The position numbers and the translations under genes were made by a program. The notes under the pieces are model-generated. The model searched no databases and was not told where the DNA came from. It saw nothing but the letters and a program-made list of their open reading frames with translations. From Macrostomum lignano (taxonomy: Eukaryota), in contig NIVC01000402.1 in assembly GCA_002269645.1 (NCBI GenBank), forward strand, positions 40,078-104,077: 64,000 nucleotides of DNA, read 5' to 3'. Of this stretch, positions 1-11,759 are shown piece by piece; the first letter of the stretch is position 1; the number at the start of each line of letters is the position of its first letter.

Positions 1-1500
1 TCAGTTGAGGCCAAGTTGTTGATATGCAAAGGCCCTGCGAGGAAGTGCACTTAACGAATACGTGCTTATAGCTAGCATCATCGCGACATCAGCTGCACAT
101 GGTGAGCGAATACGCATCTAAATAAATATAAACTGTATGGTTCGTAGGCTGTCCTTGATAGCTAAAAACTATCCCGAATCTGAGGGTTGGACTATCCCGG
201 TTATAATAATAATATCAGATTGGGGATCTGGGGAGAAAATGAAGCCACTAGTAGGACTAGCGGCAAAGCGAGGGATAAGAAGAAGTAGCTAGGATCAAGG
301 CAATAAATACACACACTCAGTGAGAAAAATATTGGGGAAGGAAAGGAAGCTTAAGGACTGACACTGCCGGGATTTCTCAGCACAGTCCAATATTCCAATA
401 TAATCCCACGCAATCTGGGGAAGGACACCAGGAATAAACGAACGGTCTCATTTAATCACTGCCTAACTGTTGGAGACTGTGGCCTCTAATCGACTGTGAA
501 CTGAAGGAGACATACGTGGCAGTATGCAATTAAGCACAAGCACTCTTTATCGAAAAAGACATTAGACTTATGGCTGAGGTTGGTCTTGAACTCGAAGCAG
601 CTGGTTAAATAAACCTATGAAGTTTAACGTGCTGCCCATGCCACCAGCCTAGCTGAAAAATCAATCAAATGAGTAAATACACGCCCAAGCACACTTAGGT
701 GTACAGCAGCCTTTTGACTGTCTTATTGTTCAAGGCACTGAGTGAATTTCTGCTGCATTTTTCGTGTTTCAAAGCATAAGCTGTGCTGCAGCATCTACCA
801 GTAGAATGGCTAAACCAAACTTAGAAGGCCACATGAGATTGAGGGTCTTTCAGCACAAGAAATCAATTTCTTCTCTGCTTTAGAGTGTGAATAATCTACA
901 TTAGATCTATATTTTTGATAGAAAAATTTTTATTAGACATAGTGAGCTATGAATTTCTAAAAGAAACTTTGTCCATTTCTTTATTGATCTGTGTTTTCTA
1001 TACCTATACACAAGATAATACTAGCTAAAAGGTTGCACTGCATATTGTAACAATGATCTGATGTACATGTAGCTATTCTAAGTGTTAGATGGATACAAAA
1101 ATGATTTAAAACTGATAATTATTAAAGCTTTGTATATTAAGTTATACAGGCCTAGCTTAAACATGCAGCTTGCTAGTAATAAAGTGGAATACCAATTCAG
1201 AGTGTTGTGAGTTGGCACTGAGGGTGACTCTTTTTGTCTTTATTATGTTGCATATTTATTGACTAGACTAAAATAAAATCATTCTATCTATTGCTTTGGC
1301 TCTTTTTCTAGTTAAAATATAGAGTTTGTTATGATGATTTTTGTAGGCCCTGAATATGAAATTTTGCATTGAAATGCAAATTGCCTTAAGCATATTTGTG
1401 TTGTATTCTTTCTTATATAATAATAGTTATAGCTATTTGAATGCTATAAGTTATAGAATTCTATTGCCTATGATAAAAAAGCTGCTATTTGGTTACAAAT

Positions 1501-1822
1501 GTCAATGGCATATGCAGGGAGGCTAGGGGAGCCATGGCCCTTTCAATTGCCTAGGGGGGGGGGGGTAACAAAGGTCTTTGATGTGGTAGCCACTAGGCTG
1601 AATACCACTTTCTGTTTTATATTTTATTATTAGCCCAGGTATTTTTGACCAATTGTCAAGTCAATAAAATAACAATAGAAAACTAACATGCTATATTACA
1701 AATCTAATCTATAATCTATTTTATCACAATCAAACTATAAAAACAAAAGTAGCAAGTCTTTCAATTAACCTTTTTCCTCAATATGGCCTTCTTCCCAATG
1801 GAAAATCCTGGGTATGCCATTG
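1501..1822. mobile_element. Candidate ~320-bp MITE
   Basis: Inverted ends CAATGGCATATGCAGG (1503) and CCTGGGTATGCCATTG (1807-1822), flanked by a direct ACAAAT on both sides. Confidence 0.45.
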
Positions 1823-4800
1823 ACAAATATAAAAATAAAAGTTAATATACTCTGAAAGCTATTGTTTGCATTTTTAAATATCAAAAACATATAGGCCAAA
1901 ACCATAAAATTTCATAACATGAATAATAGTAATATTAATAGTGGAAATAAATATAAATATTTTATATAAGATTTATTATTAAAAACATTTAAATTCTATA
2001 GTAACTATGGAAGATTTTAGACAATTATTATTTAATCAATGTAGATAAATATATATTTACTAATAGGCCTACTAATAGAAAAAAGCTTAAAAAACATTAG
2101 TTTGCAGGGTTTGTCAACCAATTTAACTGCTCTATGGACCAGAGCATCTCCTACGTGGGGAAAACCAAAAGACACCTACGCATTGAAGTTGTTAGAAATT
2201 GCAATTATATTCAAATGTTGATATTAAGCTTTCTATTTATTCTTCTCACTAAGCAAGCGACTCTACTAGCATAATTAAACTTTAACCTACATTATATTAT
2301 ATTGCAAATGGTAAAAGGTATCTAGTAACAATATCTATATTGATAGAAAATAACCAATTTAACTTTTTGTATTTTTTTAGTTTTTCTATAATTAATTTAT
2401 ACCATGGATATCTTATTATATAATTCTAACTAATTTTTAGCTATAGTGAATAAAGACAAGATCTTAAAACAAATCTTAAAATCTATAATCTTAGTAAAAA
2501 TTGAGATTCCAATCTTGCATATAAAAAATAGATCTTATTGAACCCTTAATTTTAAATTATCTTTTCCAATAAAATATATCTAATTTAATTTTTTGTTTAG
2601 GCTTGCCTTTATCATATTTTAAATTGAATATTATTAGGCCGTAGACCCTAACAATAAATAAAGCTTTAGGGCTTTATCCTTTATATATATGCCTATTTTA
2701 TTGGCTAAAATTAATTTGGATAAAGTAAGGCAGTGTAAGACCAAGATGGCCACAGCATTTAATCTCTATTATATCTACTCTTTCTCTATACCATTAATTA
2801 GCAACTCAATAGCTATTGTAATATTAATTTATATGTTTAATCACTCATATTAATATTTATAAATATTGATGGGGGCCTCAGGCAGGCTACAATAATAGAT
2901 TTGAAACTAACTACCTATAATACAAAAACTTATCTTTTTCTGTGTTTGTGCCAATTTATTCCCTATCATTGCATCTATCAAATCTATCACTATTAGTATT
3001 AGTTTATCAAGAAACCATTGTTAGTAATGCTATACAAAAATAGGATAAATATACAACAAGGTATTTATTTTGTGCTAGGTTACTTGCTTTATTTGGTAGA
3101 TAAATATTTATAGGTCAGGCTACAATATAAAAGCTAAAGCATAAGGGAATGTTCTTTATTTAAAATAACTCTATTATAGCATCTATCCCCCCAAGACATG
3201 CAATATATAAAATTCGAACCTTTAAATGGCTTAGCCTATCAAATAGACATGATACAAATAAAAGTTTTTTATACTTAATTGTAATTTAACAATAGCAAAC
3301 ATATTTTACCATCTATTTACTAGTAAATTACCACAAATAATAGGCCTGTTTATGCCTTCAATGGTGCCTATCATGCCTATAACGAAGTTACGAAGTTAAA
3401 AAAACTAATTTTATACCGGAGCTGACTGTTTCGATTTAAAGCTGGAGTAGCGACGGTGGAGAGCAAGCGGAATGCTCTTCTTGAGTGTTGTTTAAAGGGA
3501 CTTAAGGCCCGAAGAAATTTTCGTAGATTATATTTGAATTGGCGCTAATATCTCTTTTCGCTGCTTAAACGCTCTCAGGTAACAAACTACCAAAAGTAAA
3601 GAGTACCTCGGCAATATGCATCGATAAACTGCTATTTGAAATAAAGGTTAGAATAAAAAGCGGCTCGATGGATAAAATAAAAAAAATTTCAACAATATAT
3701 TTCAAATCACATTCATTGGATGAAATTGGAGTCTTTCAGCGCATATATGGTTGAGTTATCAGCCTCCAAAACATCACAAGGAAAGGTGTTAAAAGATAAA
3801 AGGTATTTCCAAAATTCATTTAATGACTCGGTGTTTTGAGAAAAGCCACTTGGGTGCGGCTGTGTCGCCGCAGGGGGTATCGCGCTAGAGTTCCAACCGA
3901 AATTTCAAAGTAACTTTTCAAAATTTACCAATCGTCTTGACCATGCAATCGTCTTGACATGGTAGCTCGAATTTCCGCCTTAAATGTCTTTTTGTCATCC
4001 TGGATAGATATAGAGCGCCAAGCGTTACGTGTACACGTATTATGTATAGATATAGCTGGGTCTAAAAAGCCCTACTATACGCAAAGGTAATCACCTTAAT
4101 CTTATACAGTCCTTATTCGTAATGTTGTCGCTTGTTTAGCAAAAAGACTAAAACAGTCGATCGCTATGTTAAGGATGTATTCAGAAGATGTTTCCCCTGT
4201 GTAGTATAGGAATACATAAAAACTGACCTCAGTATACGTCTAAATGCATTTGTGTTGCCAGCAGCTTCAGATCAAATATGTATTGTATGCGTGCATGTAA
4301 GCATATAAATATGCATGTGTACCCTAATGCACACTTAATTACATGTACAATACGTACCTAGTCAAATCGACTTGATAAAAAATATCGTTAGTTGAATTGT
4401 TGCTACTTTTTGGTGACATAAACGATTATTCGCTCATACACACTGTTCTAGTGAGGTTATGGAATGCTCTACCTGCAGCATTAGCTACATGTAGTTCTGG
4501 CATCAAGAAGACATCTTTAATATAATATAATAATGAAAAGATGTACATAATCGTGCTTTATACTCGCAACTAAAGGCACAGATGTACTAAGGTTAGATGC
4601 ACCCAGAAAGTTAAGCCAACGATTCTATAAGAGTAGCAAATCCTATAGAGAACCACTTGTGCCCAGCATTGCACTTGCATTTAAGCGAAGTCACATAAGT
4701 GTGATAGGCGAACCAGTAAGAATATAATATGACATTTACTTTTTCACTTTATATTTTAATTTTTATCATCATCGTTACATCAGTTTTAAGGGTCAGGAAT

Positions 4801-6919
4801 ATAGCGACTCGTAATGCAAGGTGAAGACTCGATATAAAAAATTTGCAAGGAAAAGGACACGGGAAACAAGAATGGCACAGGCGATGCAACAGTGGCGGAG
4901 TTCTGGGGGTCACACTAAACTGACCGGAACATGAGCACTTTTATCTCTTGTGTGGATAACTTGTGCATCCTGTAACTCAAATAACACTATATGAATTAAG
5001 GTGCTAGCCAAAACCGGGTCTTTTATCCAGCCACCTATAAATATAAATATAAATATATTACGTCTAAGACAACAAATTCTTAATAAATCATACAATTTTT
5101 TCTTTTCTTATTACGAGGCAATCTGCGAGATTGAGCTCTGCTAGAAGTCAATAATAGGCTTATTTGGACTTGAATAAAATATTATCATGTGATAAATCAT
5201 AAAAAAAGTGTGATACCGGATCAAGACAATTTAACCCTATTGTCTGACAAACGAGGCATTCAATTTAAGGGTGTGCGCTAAAAATTCCCGTTAGTGTGCT
5301 ATTATACTACTGCAAGTAACCGACTATATTGGAACTTGACTACATAAAGAGAATAGTAAAGATTACAAAACAAAGTCAACACACAGCTGGTTTCGCAAGC
5401 AAGATAGGTTTAAAGTAAGAAAATTAAAACAAAAAACAAGAAATATCAAGTGAAACTGATAACGACAGGGAGAGAGAGACTGCCCGATCAACACTACGCA
5501 GAGCTTCAACTGCTCAGGCTGTACGATGACAGGTCTGTTCAGATGTAAGCGACAGGTTTCGACAGGTTGCAATAACAGTTGACGACATTTAGTTGCGTGA
5601 AAGGAAAACAAAACAAGACACAAGAAGAGAATAATCATTTTTGGAATCATCAATCACTGCTCAAGGGGACTAAATATAGCTAAGGGGTCTTTTATTGGCT
5701 ATTTCATATTCTAGTAATTTAACCTGCTTAATTATTTAAAGTTTCTATTCAGTTGATGAAATGGAAATTCTCCAGGACTCCAGCTGCTATTTTTCTGTTC
5801 TAGGGAAAGGACAATTAAAGTGGGCATTAATACGAGAGTAAGGCTAGATAAGATTTTAGCGAGAGAGAAATCACGTGACATAGAAATCGGTTCTATTAGC
5901 AGCGGAGGCATAATGTACGTTTGCCAGTAAGGCAGAAATGTACATAGCAGTTTGCTTAATCCCGGGGAGTGAATATAGAGCAATAAAATGGAGTGGAGAG
6001 AGAATTGGAGGGTAGAAATAATGTACATTCGTCAGCGCTACATATAATGTACACGAGCAACCCCCTTGGGCGCGAGGATGACAATAAAACAAGGGCGAAG
6101 GTTAGCAAAAGACTGCGTAGGGAGAGGCGATTAGTACTACTGAGTTTTAAGTAGTTTGATAGCAGATGTATTTTGTTTTTACTAAATTCTAATTGTTAAA
6201 TTAATGGTGCTTTTTATTACGAAAACTCAACGTACAAAATCAACAACTCAGTCGTCGATATCAATGACAGACAGAAAATTTCCCAAAATCTAAGGCTTGG
6301 TATGCTTGGTTCAAACAGTCAATCGCAGTAAGTGCTTTATAGAAGAAAGAAAAAGGGTAAAAGCAAGTTAACCAACACGCGGAAAGCCAGGTGCAAAAGC
6401 CAGCAACAGAGAGTTAATTAAGACACGAAAACTCTGGATAATTTCAATCAACGGGCAGCAGCGCAACTGATAGTTGAGGATCGGACATATGAAACTAGTC
6501 GCCTGTATCGTTTCCGACGCGCCGTATAAAATACGTGTCTTTCTCATAATGCCCTACTGTCAGTAGACGTTGCAAAGCGTTCCAGACGGCCAGGGATCGT
6601 CCTCGGTACTGCTTAACAGTAACACAAGAGAAAAAGACAATTTAAATTTAAAAAATCAGAGCTAACAAATCAAGACGTTAATAGATTATTCGCACTCTGG
6701 AATATGAAGCAAATGAAATCTAAAGAAAACACAAAAATGTGAAGCCAAATAGTTTTAACCACATACTAGAATAACTAGGTGTGTCATTCGCAAATTTATC
6801 TATTCGTTCTCAGTAGCAAAATTAGCGCTTTTTGCATTATTTTTTTTACAAGAAATTGAAAGTTTTTGAAGCTGACAAGTTGAGCTTTCTTCTTGCCCGC
6901 TAGCTGACTCACTTTGACC

Positions 6920-7130
6920 TCTTTCCTTACTGCTCTCTCATTGGCTGAGCTAGATTCTCCTTACTGCTCTCTGATTGGCTGAGTTCTTGGGCCTGCCCCC
7001 TAGGCTGAGTTTCGTCCGTATGACTTTGACGTCTCTCCTTACTGCTCTCATTGGCTGAGCAATATTCTCTTTGCTGCTCTCTCATTGGCTGAGCTAGATT
7101 CTCTTTGCTGCTCTCTCATTGGCTGAGCTC
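6920..7130. repeat. Degenerate ~35-nt repeat, five copies of (C/G)ATTGGCTGAG
   Basis: Copies near 6940, 6975, 7050, 7085 and 7119. Confidence 0.8.
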
Positions 7131-7760
7131 TTGGGCCTGTTCCCTATGCCGAATTTCGTCCATCTTGCGTTCACTTGTTTACATCGAGTTAAATGCTTGT
7201 TGTTCTTTCTTAACCCCATATACTCAAAGGTCACAAACCCCGAGGAAGGAAAGGAAAATTTAGCAGCCACATTAAATTTAAGTGACAGTGCACAGACAAA
7301 CTACTGAAGATAGTAGATGCTGTGCTTTTCCACAACTAATTGCGAGTGACATATCCGGTTATTCTAGTATATGTTGGGTTTTTAATAAGGAAATGTAGTA
7401 AATAAATAAGAAACCAAAACAGCAAATAAGTCGATACATTTTCGTGCGAGAAATTGACTGAGGACAGAACTGAATTATGATAAATAAAATTACTATAGTA
7501 GGCAATCAGTGAAAAAATTTTTGGTCCAGACATAACGCAGACTGCCAAATAGAGAGAAACGAGGCATCTAAACATATAGAGAGGAGTCAGTATAGAGCTA
7601 TATAAAAATTTGTCCATATATAAAAATTACACCGCGCAACACGCAATGACTACAAAAGAAGGTCAAGGTTAGGAATGTATAGGGCGTGTGAAGCAGCGAA
7701 TTCATTTTATTAGCTAATCCTTATCATACCGACAAGAGATTTAACGTGTTCTCCTATATT

Positions 7761-7854
7761 CTAAGCGTAACGCTCTTGAAACTCGTGGTGCCAGCGGTTG
7801 AAGTCGATGTTGAAGACAATCAGACAGCCGGTTGACATGCCGGCAAGGAGGAAC
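7761..7854 (-). CDS. nbea: Neurobeachin terminal coding exon ([31 protein letters not shown])
   Basis: Acceptor TTGCCGCAG|G; stop TAG at 7763-7761; the [10 protein letters not shown]-terminal signature is diagnostic of NBEA/LRBA. Confidence 0.95.
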
Positions 7855-8555
7855 CTGCGGCAAAGGTCGCGGATGGAGGGACTTTTTGAAAAACTAACCT
7901 TCCATGCTGATAATAGTACTCATAGTAGCTAGCTAAAAATGACAGTAAAAGAACTCAAGCTCCCTATTCAACTGCGTACTAACCACACAAAACTCTGCTT
8001 AACCGATGTAAAAAACCTGAAGTTTTGAAGACCGATTTATTTAAGATTTATCATTCTGAGATTCGATAAGGGCAGGGATTCTTGTGTGCACTCTGGCGCA
8101 CTTTAAAGCGACATTGTCACACAACCGGCGAGATGCATCACTGCCCATTCCGCCGACTCCCCTCAGCAGGCACAAGCGCGGATACAGACGCAGTCATACG
8201 CACAGGCACACACTCACACAGGAGATACAGCAGCCCTAACTTTATTTATCGTTAGGCTGTACACTTCACTGTGCCTTGAAGGTTGGTCCTCAAAGGCGTT
8301 AATTGCCCGAGCAGAGCCAAGCCGAGATTCAAATTCAGTTCAAATTGATGCGACTGCATTTGGAATCGAGCCTGGGCCACTGGCACATCGGAGCGCCGCG
8401 CTTGACCACTGAGCTACGCCCCCCTGTAGGGCAGGGATTAGAGATTAGGGTAGATCCCCACAGTTCAAACCCCACTTGTAATAAAGGCACAGGTGCATTA
8501 ACAATAGTAAGTATAATACAGAATGTAGCGGCAATGCGCACAACAGCCTACTCAC

Positions 8556-8904
8556 TTCTGATCGTGAGTAAGCGCCAGCGAACGAATCGGCGAGTCGCAC
8601 ACGGGGAAAGCGTAGATTGCGGCCAAATCGTGAGTCCGCCTGACCTCGGCCGTGCCGCTGTCCCCGGCCGTGATGACGTACTGGCCGCAGCGGCTGAGAA
8701 TCATCGCCTCCAATCGGTCGTGCGCGTTGACGTGACGCATCAGCTTGCCGTTCAGGGTGTACGAGGCGCACACATCGTCGTCCAGTTTGACGCAGATGAC
8801 GCCCTCCCGGTTGATGGACACCAGGTCGGGCACCGAGGTGCCGGGCGGCAGGTCTAGGGAGCGGATGAGCTCGCCGTGGGTTGTGTGCATCAGCAGCAGG
8901 CCGT
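8556..8904 (-). CDS. nbea: Neurobeachin exon, WD40 (DGLLLMHTTHGELIRSL...CDSPIRSLALTHDQ)
   Basis: Acceptor ACTCCAG|AC, donor AA|GTGAGT; 349 nt, phase 1 to 2. Confidence 0.95.
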
Positions 8905-8980
8905 CTGGAGTGAAGTGATGTGTTGCATGCTCCTAACCGACCTACTAGCAGTAGCATGAAAAGTCCATCACTTTCCCGGT

Positions 8981-9660
8981 AAAGCAACCATTAGCCTCAC
9001 AGCCAGCCAGTCAAAGCAACCATTAGCCTCACAGCCAGCCAGTCAAAGCAACCATTAGCCTCACAGCCAGCCAGTCAAAGCAACCATTAGCCTCACAGCC
9101 AGCCAGTCAAAGCAACCATTAGCCTCACAGCCAGCCAGTCAAAGCAACCATTAGCCTCACAGCCAGCCAGTCAAAGCAACCATTAGCCTCACAGCCAGCC
9201 AGTCAAAGCAACCAATAGCCTCACAGCCAGCCAGTCAAAGCAACCATTAGCCTCACAGCCAGCCAGTCAAAGCAACCATTAGCCTCACAGCCAGCCAGTC
9301 AAAGCAACCATTAGCCTCACAGCCAGCCAGTCAAAGCAACCATTAGCCTCACAGCCAGCCAGTCAAAGCAACCATTAGCCTCACAGCCAGCCAGTCAAAG
9401 CAACCATTAGCCTCACAGCCAGACAGTCAAAGCAACCATTAGCCTCACAGCCAGACAGTCAAAGCAACCATTAGCCTCACAGCCAGCCAAAGCAACCATT
9501 AGCCTCCCATACAGCCAGCCAAAGCAACCATTAGCCTCCCATACAGCCAGCCAAAGCAACCATTAGCCTCACAGCCAGCCAAAGCAACCATTAGCCTCAC
9601 AGCCAGCCAGTCAAAGCAACCATTAGCCTCACAGCCAGCTAAAGCAACCATTAGCCCCTT
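8981..9660. repeat. 32-nt minisatellite AAAGCAACCATTAGCCTCACAGCCAGCCAGTC, ~21 copies
   Basis: Period read directly; fills intron 8905-9662. Confidence 0.97.
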
Positions 9661-9662
9661 AC

Positions 9663-9915
9663 CCTTAGAGCCGCTGACGATGATGCCCAATTCGGCGGAT
9701 ATGGCCACCACGGTGATTTCCTCGTGATGGCCGGTGAGGGTCGCCTTCGGCGCCGGTGCATCGGGCGAGTCGCCGACAATAGCTGAGCTCTTGCTGCTCC
9801 AGAGCCAGAGAAGCAGGGTGCAATCGCTGGAGCCGGTGACCACATAGCAGTCTTGGCTGAAGTTGCACTCAGACCTGGCCAGGCACTTTACTATGCCGAA
9901 GTGGCCGAAGATAAC
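9663..9915 (-). CDS. nbea: Neurobeachin exon, WD40 (VIFGHFGIVKCLARSE...GSSDCTLLLW...LTGHHEEITVVAISAELGIIVSGSK)
   Basis: Acceptor CCCTCAG|GTT, donor AAGG|GTAAGG; 253 nt, phase 0 to 1. Confidence 0.95.
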
Positions 9916-9934
9916 CTGAGGGAGCACAGGTAGT

Positions 9935-10570
9935 ACTTGTTACACTACCTGAACTACCTGTTACACTACTTGAACTACCTGTTACACTACCTGAACTACC
10001 TGTTACACTACCTGAACTACCTGTTACACTACTTGAACTACCTGTTACACTACTTGAACTACCTGTTACACTACCTGAACTACCTGTTACACTACCTGAA
10101 CTACCTGTTACACTACTTGAACTACCTGTTACACTACTTGAACTACCTGTTACACTACCTGAACTACCTGTTACACTACCTGAACTACCTGTTACACTAC
10201 CTGAACTACCTGTTACACTACCTGAACTACCTGTTACACTACCTGAACTACCTGTTACACTACCTGAACTACCTGTTACACTACCTGAACTACTTGTTAC
10301 ACTACTTGAACTACCTGTTACACTACCTGAACTACCTGTTACACTACCTGAACTACCTGTTACACTACCTGAACTACTTGTTACACTACTTGAACTACCT
10401 GTTACACTACTTGAACTACCTGTTACACTATCTGAACTACCTGTTACACTATCTGTTAAGCTATACATGAACTACCTGTTAAACTACCTGTTAAACTACC
10501 TGTTAAACTATCTGTTAAACTATCTGTTAAACTATCTGTTAAACTATCTTTTAAACTACCTGAACTACCT
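9935..10570. repeat. 21-nt minisatellite GTTACACTACCTGAACTACCT, ~25 copies plus a degenerate tail
   Basis: Period read directly; source of the LHYLNYL and VTGSSGS ORFs. Confidence 0.97.
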
Positions 10571-10689
10571 GATGTGAACTCAAGAACAAAGATGAAGCGC
10601 AAATCACGAGCTCATAGAGCTCCAGACCAAATCTGCTATCGAAAACTTGCCTGACCAGTCGATTAGAAAGGCCTAGAAAGTCAAATTAC

Positions 10690-10859
10690 CTGTATAATCT
10701 TGCCGGTATCAGTGCTATAAACTCGAAACGACTTGTCCCAATAGCCGCAGGCGAATAATATTTTATTGTCAGGCGTCATAGCGAATTGGCAGGCGCGAAC
10801 TTTGATGCGCTGATCGAAATTGTCGCCAAGGTGACGCTTGGCTGAGTTGAGGCTGGTTA
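10690..10859 (-). CDS. nbea: Neurobeachin exon, WD40 (KRHLGDNFDQRIKV...ACGYWDKSFRVYSTDTGKIIQ)
   Basis: Acceptor CTCCTCAG|TA, donor CAG|GTAATT; 170 nt, phase 1 to 0. Confidence 0.94.
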
Positions 10860-10994
10860 CTGAGGAGAGGGGGGCGGGATGGTGGATTCAGATAAACACA
10901 TGATAACGCCAGATGCAGGTACAGGCGTCAGAGGATAATTAATACTGTATTAATTTACTGAAACTCCAGAGAAAAAAAAGATATTTAGTGATAT

Positions 10995-11385
10995 CGTAAT
11001 GCATAATACCCTAATGACACCGTATAATACCCTATTAACATTGTGTAGTACCCTAATGAAACTGTGTAATACACTAATGACACCGCGTAATAACCTAATG
11101 ACACTGTAATACCCTAATGAAACTGCATAATACCCTAATGACACTATAATACCCTAATGACACTATAATACCCTAATGACACTGTATAATACCCTAATGA
11201 CACTGTATAATACCCTAATGACACTGTATAATACCCTAATGACACTGTATAATACCCTAATGACACTGTATAATACCCTAATGACACTGCACAATACCCC
11301 AATGACACTGTATAATACCCTAATGACACTGTATAATATCCTAATGACACTGCAATAAACTAATGATACTGCACAATACCCCAAT
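10995..11385. repeat. 21-nt minisatellite ATAATACCCTAATGACACTGT, ~17 copies
   Basis: Period read directly. Confidence 0.95.
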
Positions 11386-11401
11386 GCTATTGTTCACTTA
11401 C

Positions 11402-11509
11402 CGAGCGGATCCAAGCTCAGTGGCAGCACTGGCACCTCAGTGGCTCCGCCTGATCCGGACTGCTGACTAACGTAGGTGGGCGCCGGCGACACTTGGGTCT
11501 GATTGACAG
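11402..11509 (-). CDS. nbea: Neurobeachin exon (AVNQTQVSPAPTYVSQQSGSGGATEVPVLPLSLDPL)
   Basis: Acceptor CTACGCAG|CT, donor CTCG|GTAAGT; 108 nt, phase 1 to 1; LPLSLDPL corresponds to NBEA LPIEMDPL. Confidence 0.88.
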
Positions 11510-11759
11510 CTGCGTAGGTGAGGGTGGCATTAGTATTCATTAGATTATGCAACCTAAGTCAATAACCTTTAATAGACAGTAGAAATATGCATATATTGCG
11601 TAAATTTTTCTTCTGATTCTGTAAAAGATTTTGTAACTGACGATGGATTCACTGACGCACTAACAGTTCTACTGAGTCATTACTGATTACTCTGACTCAC
11701 TGCTAGTTTTCATGACTCATTATTTGATCTCCTGACTTTTTACTAGTTTTCCTGACTCA

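Noticed and set aside
3350-6800. A protein-coding gene or autonomous transposon downstream of neurobeachin
   Set aside because: Only short ORFs with no recognisable domain; no TIR/TSD or LTR pair that I could verify.
8218-8235. 18-nt frame-preserving microexon candidate in the last intron
   Set aside because: The acceptor is preceded by an A-rich tract rather than a pyrimidine tract; it shows how easily such candidates occur by chance.
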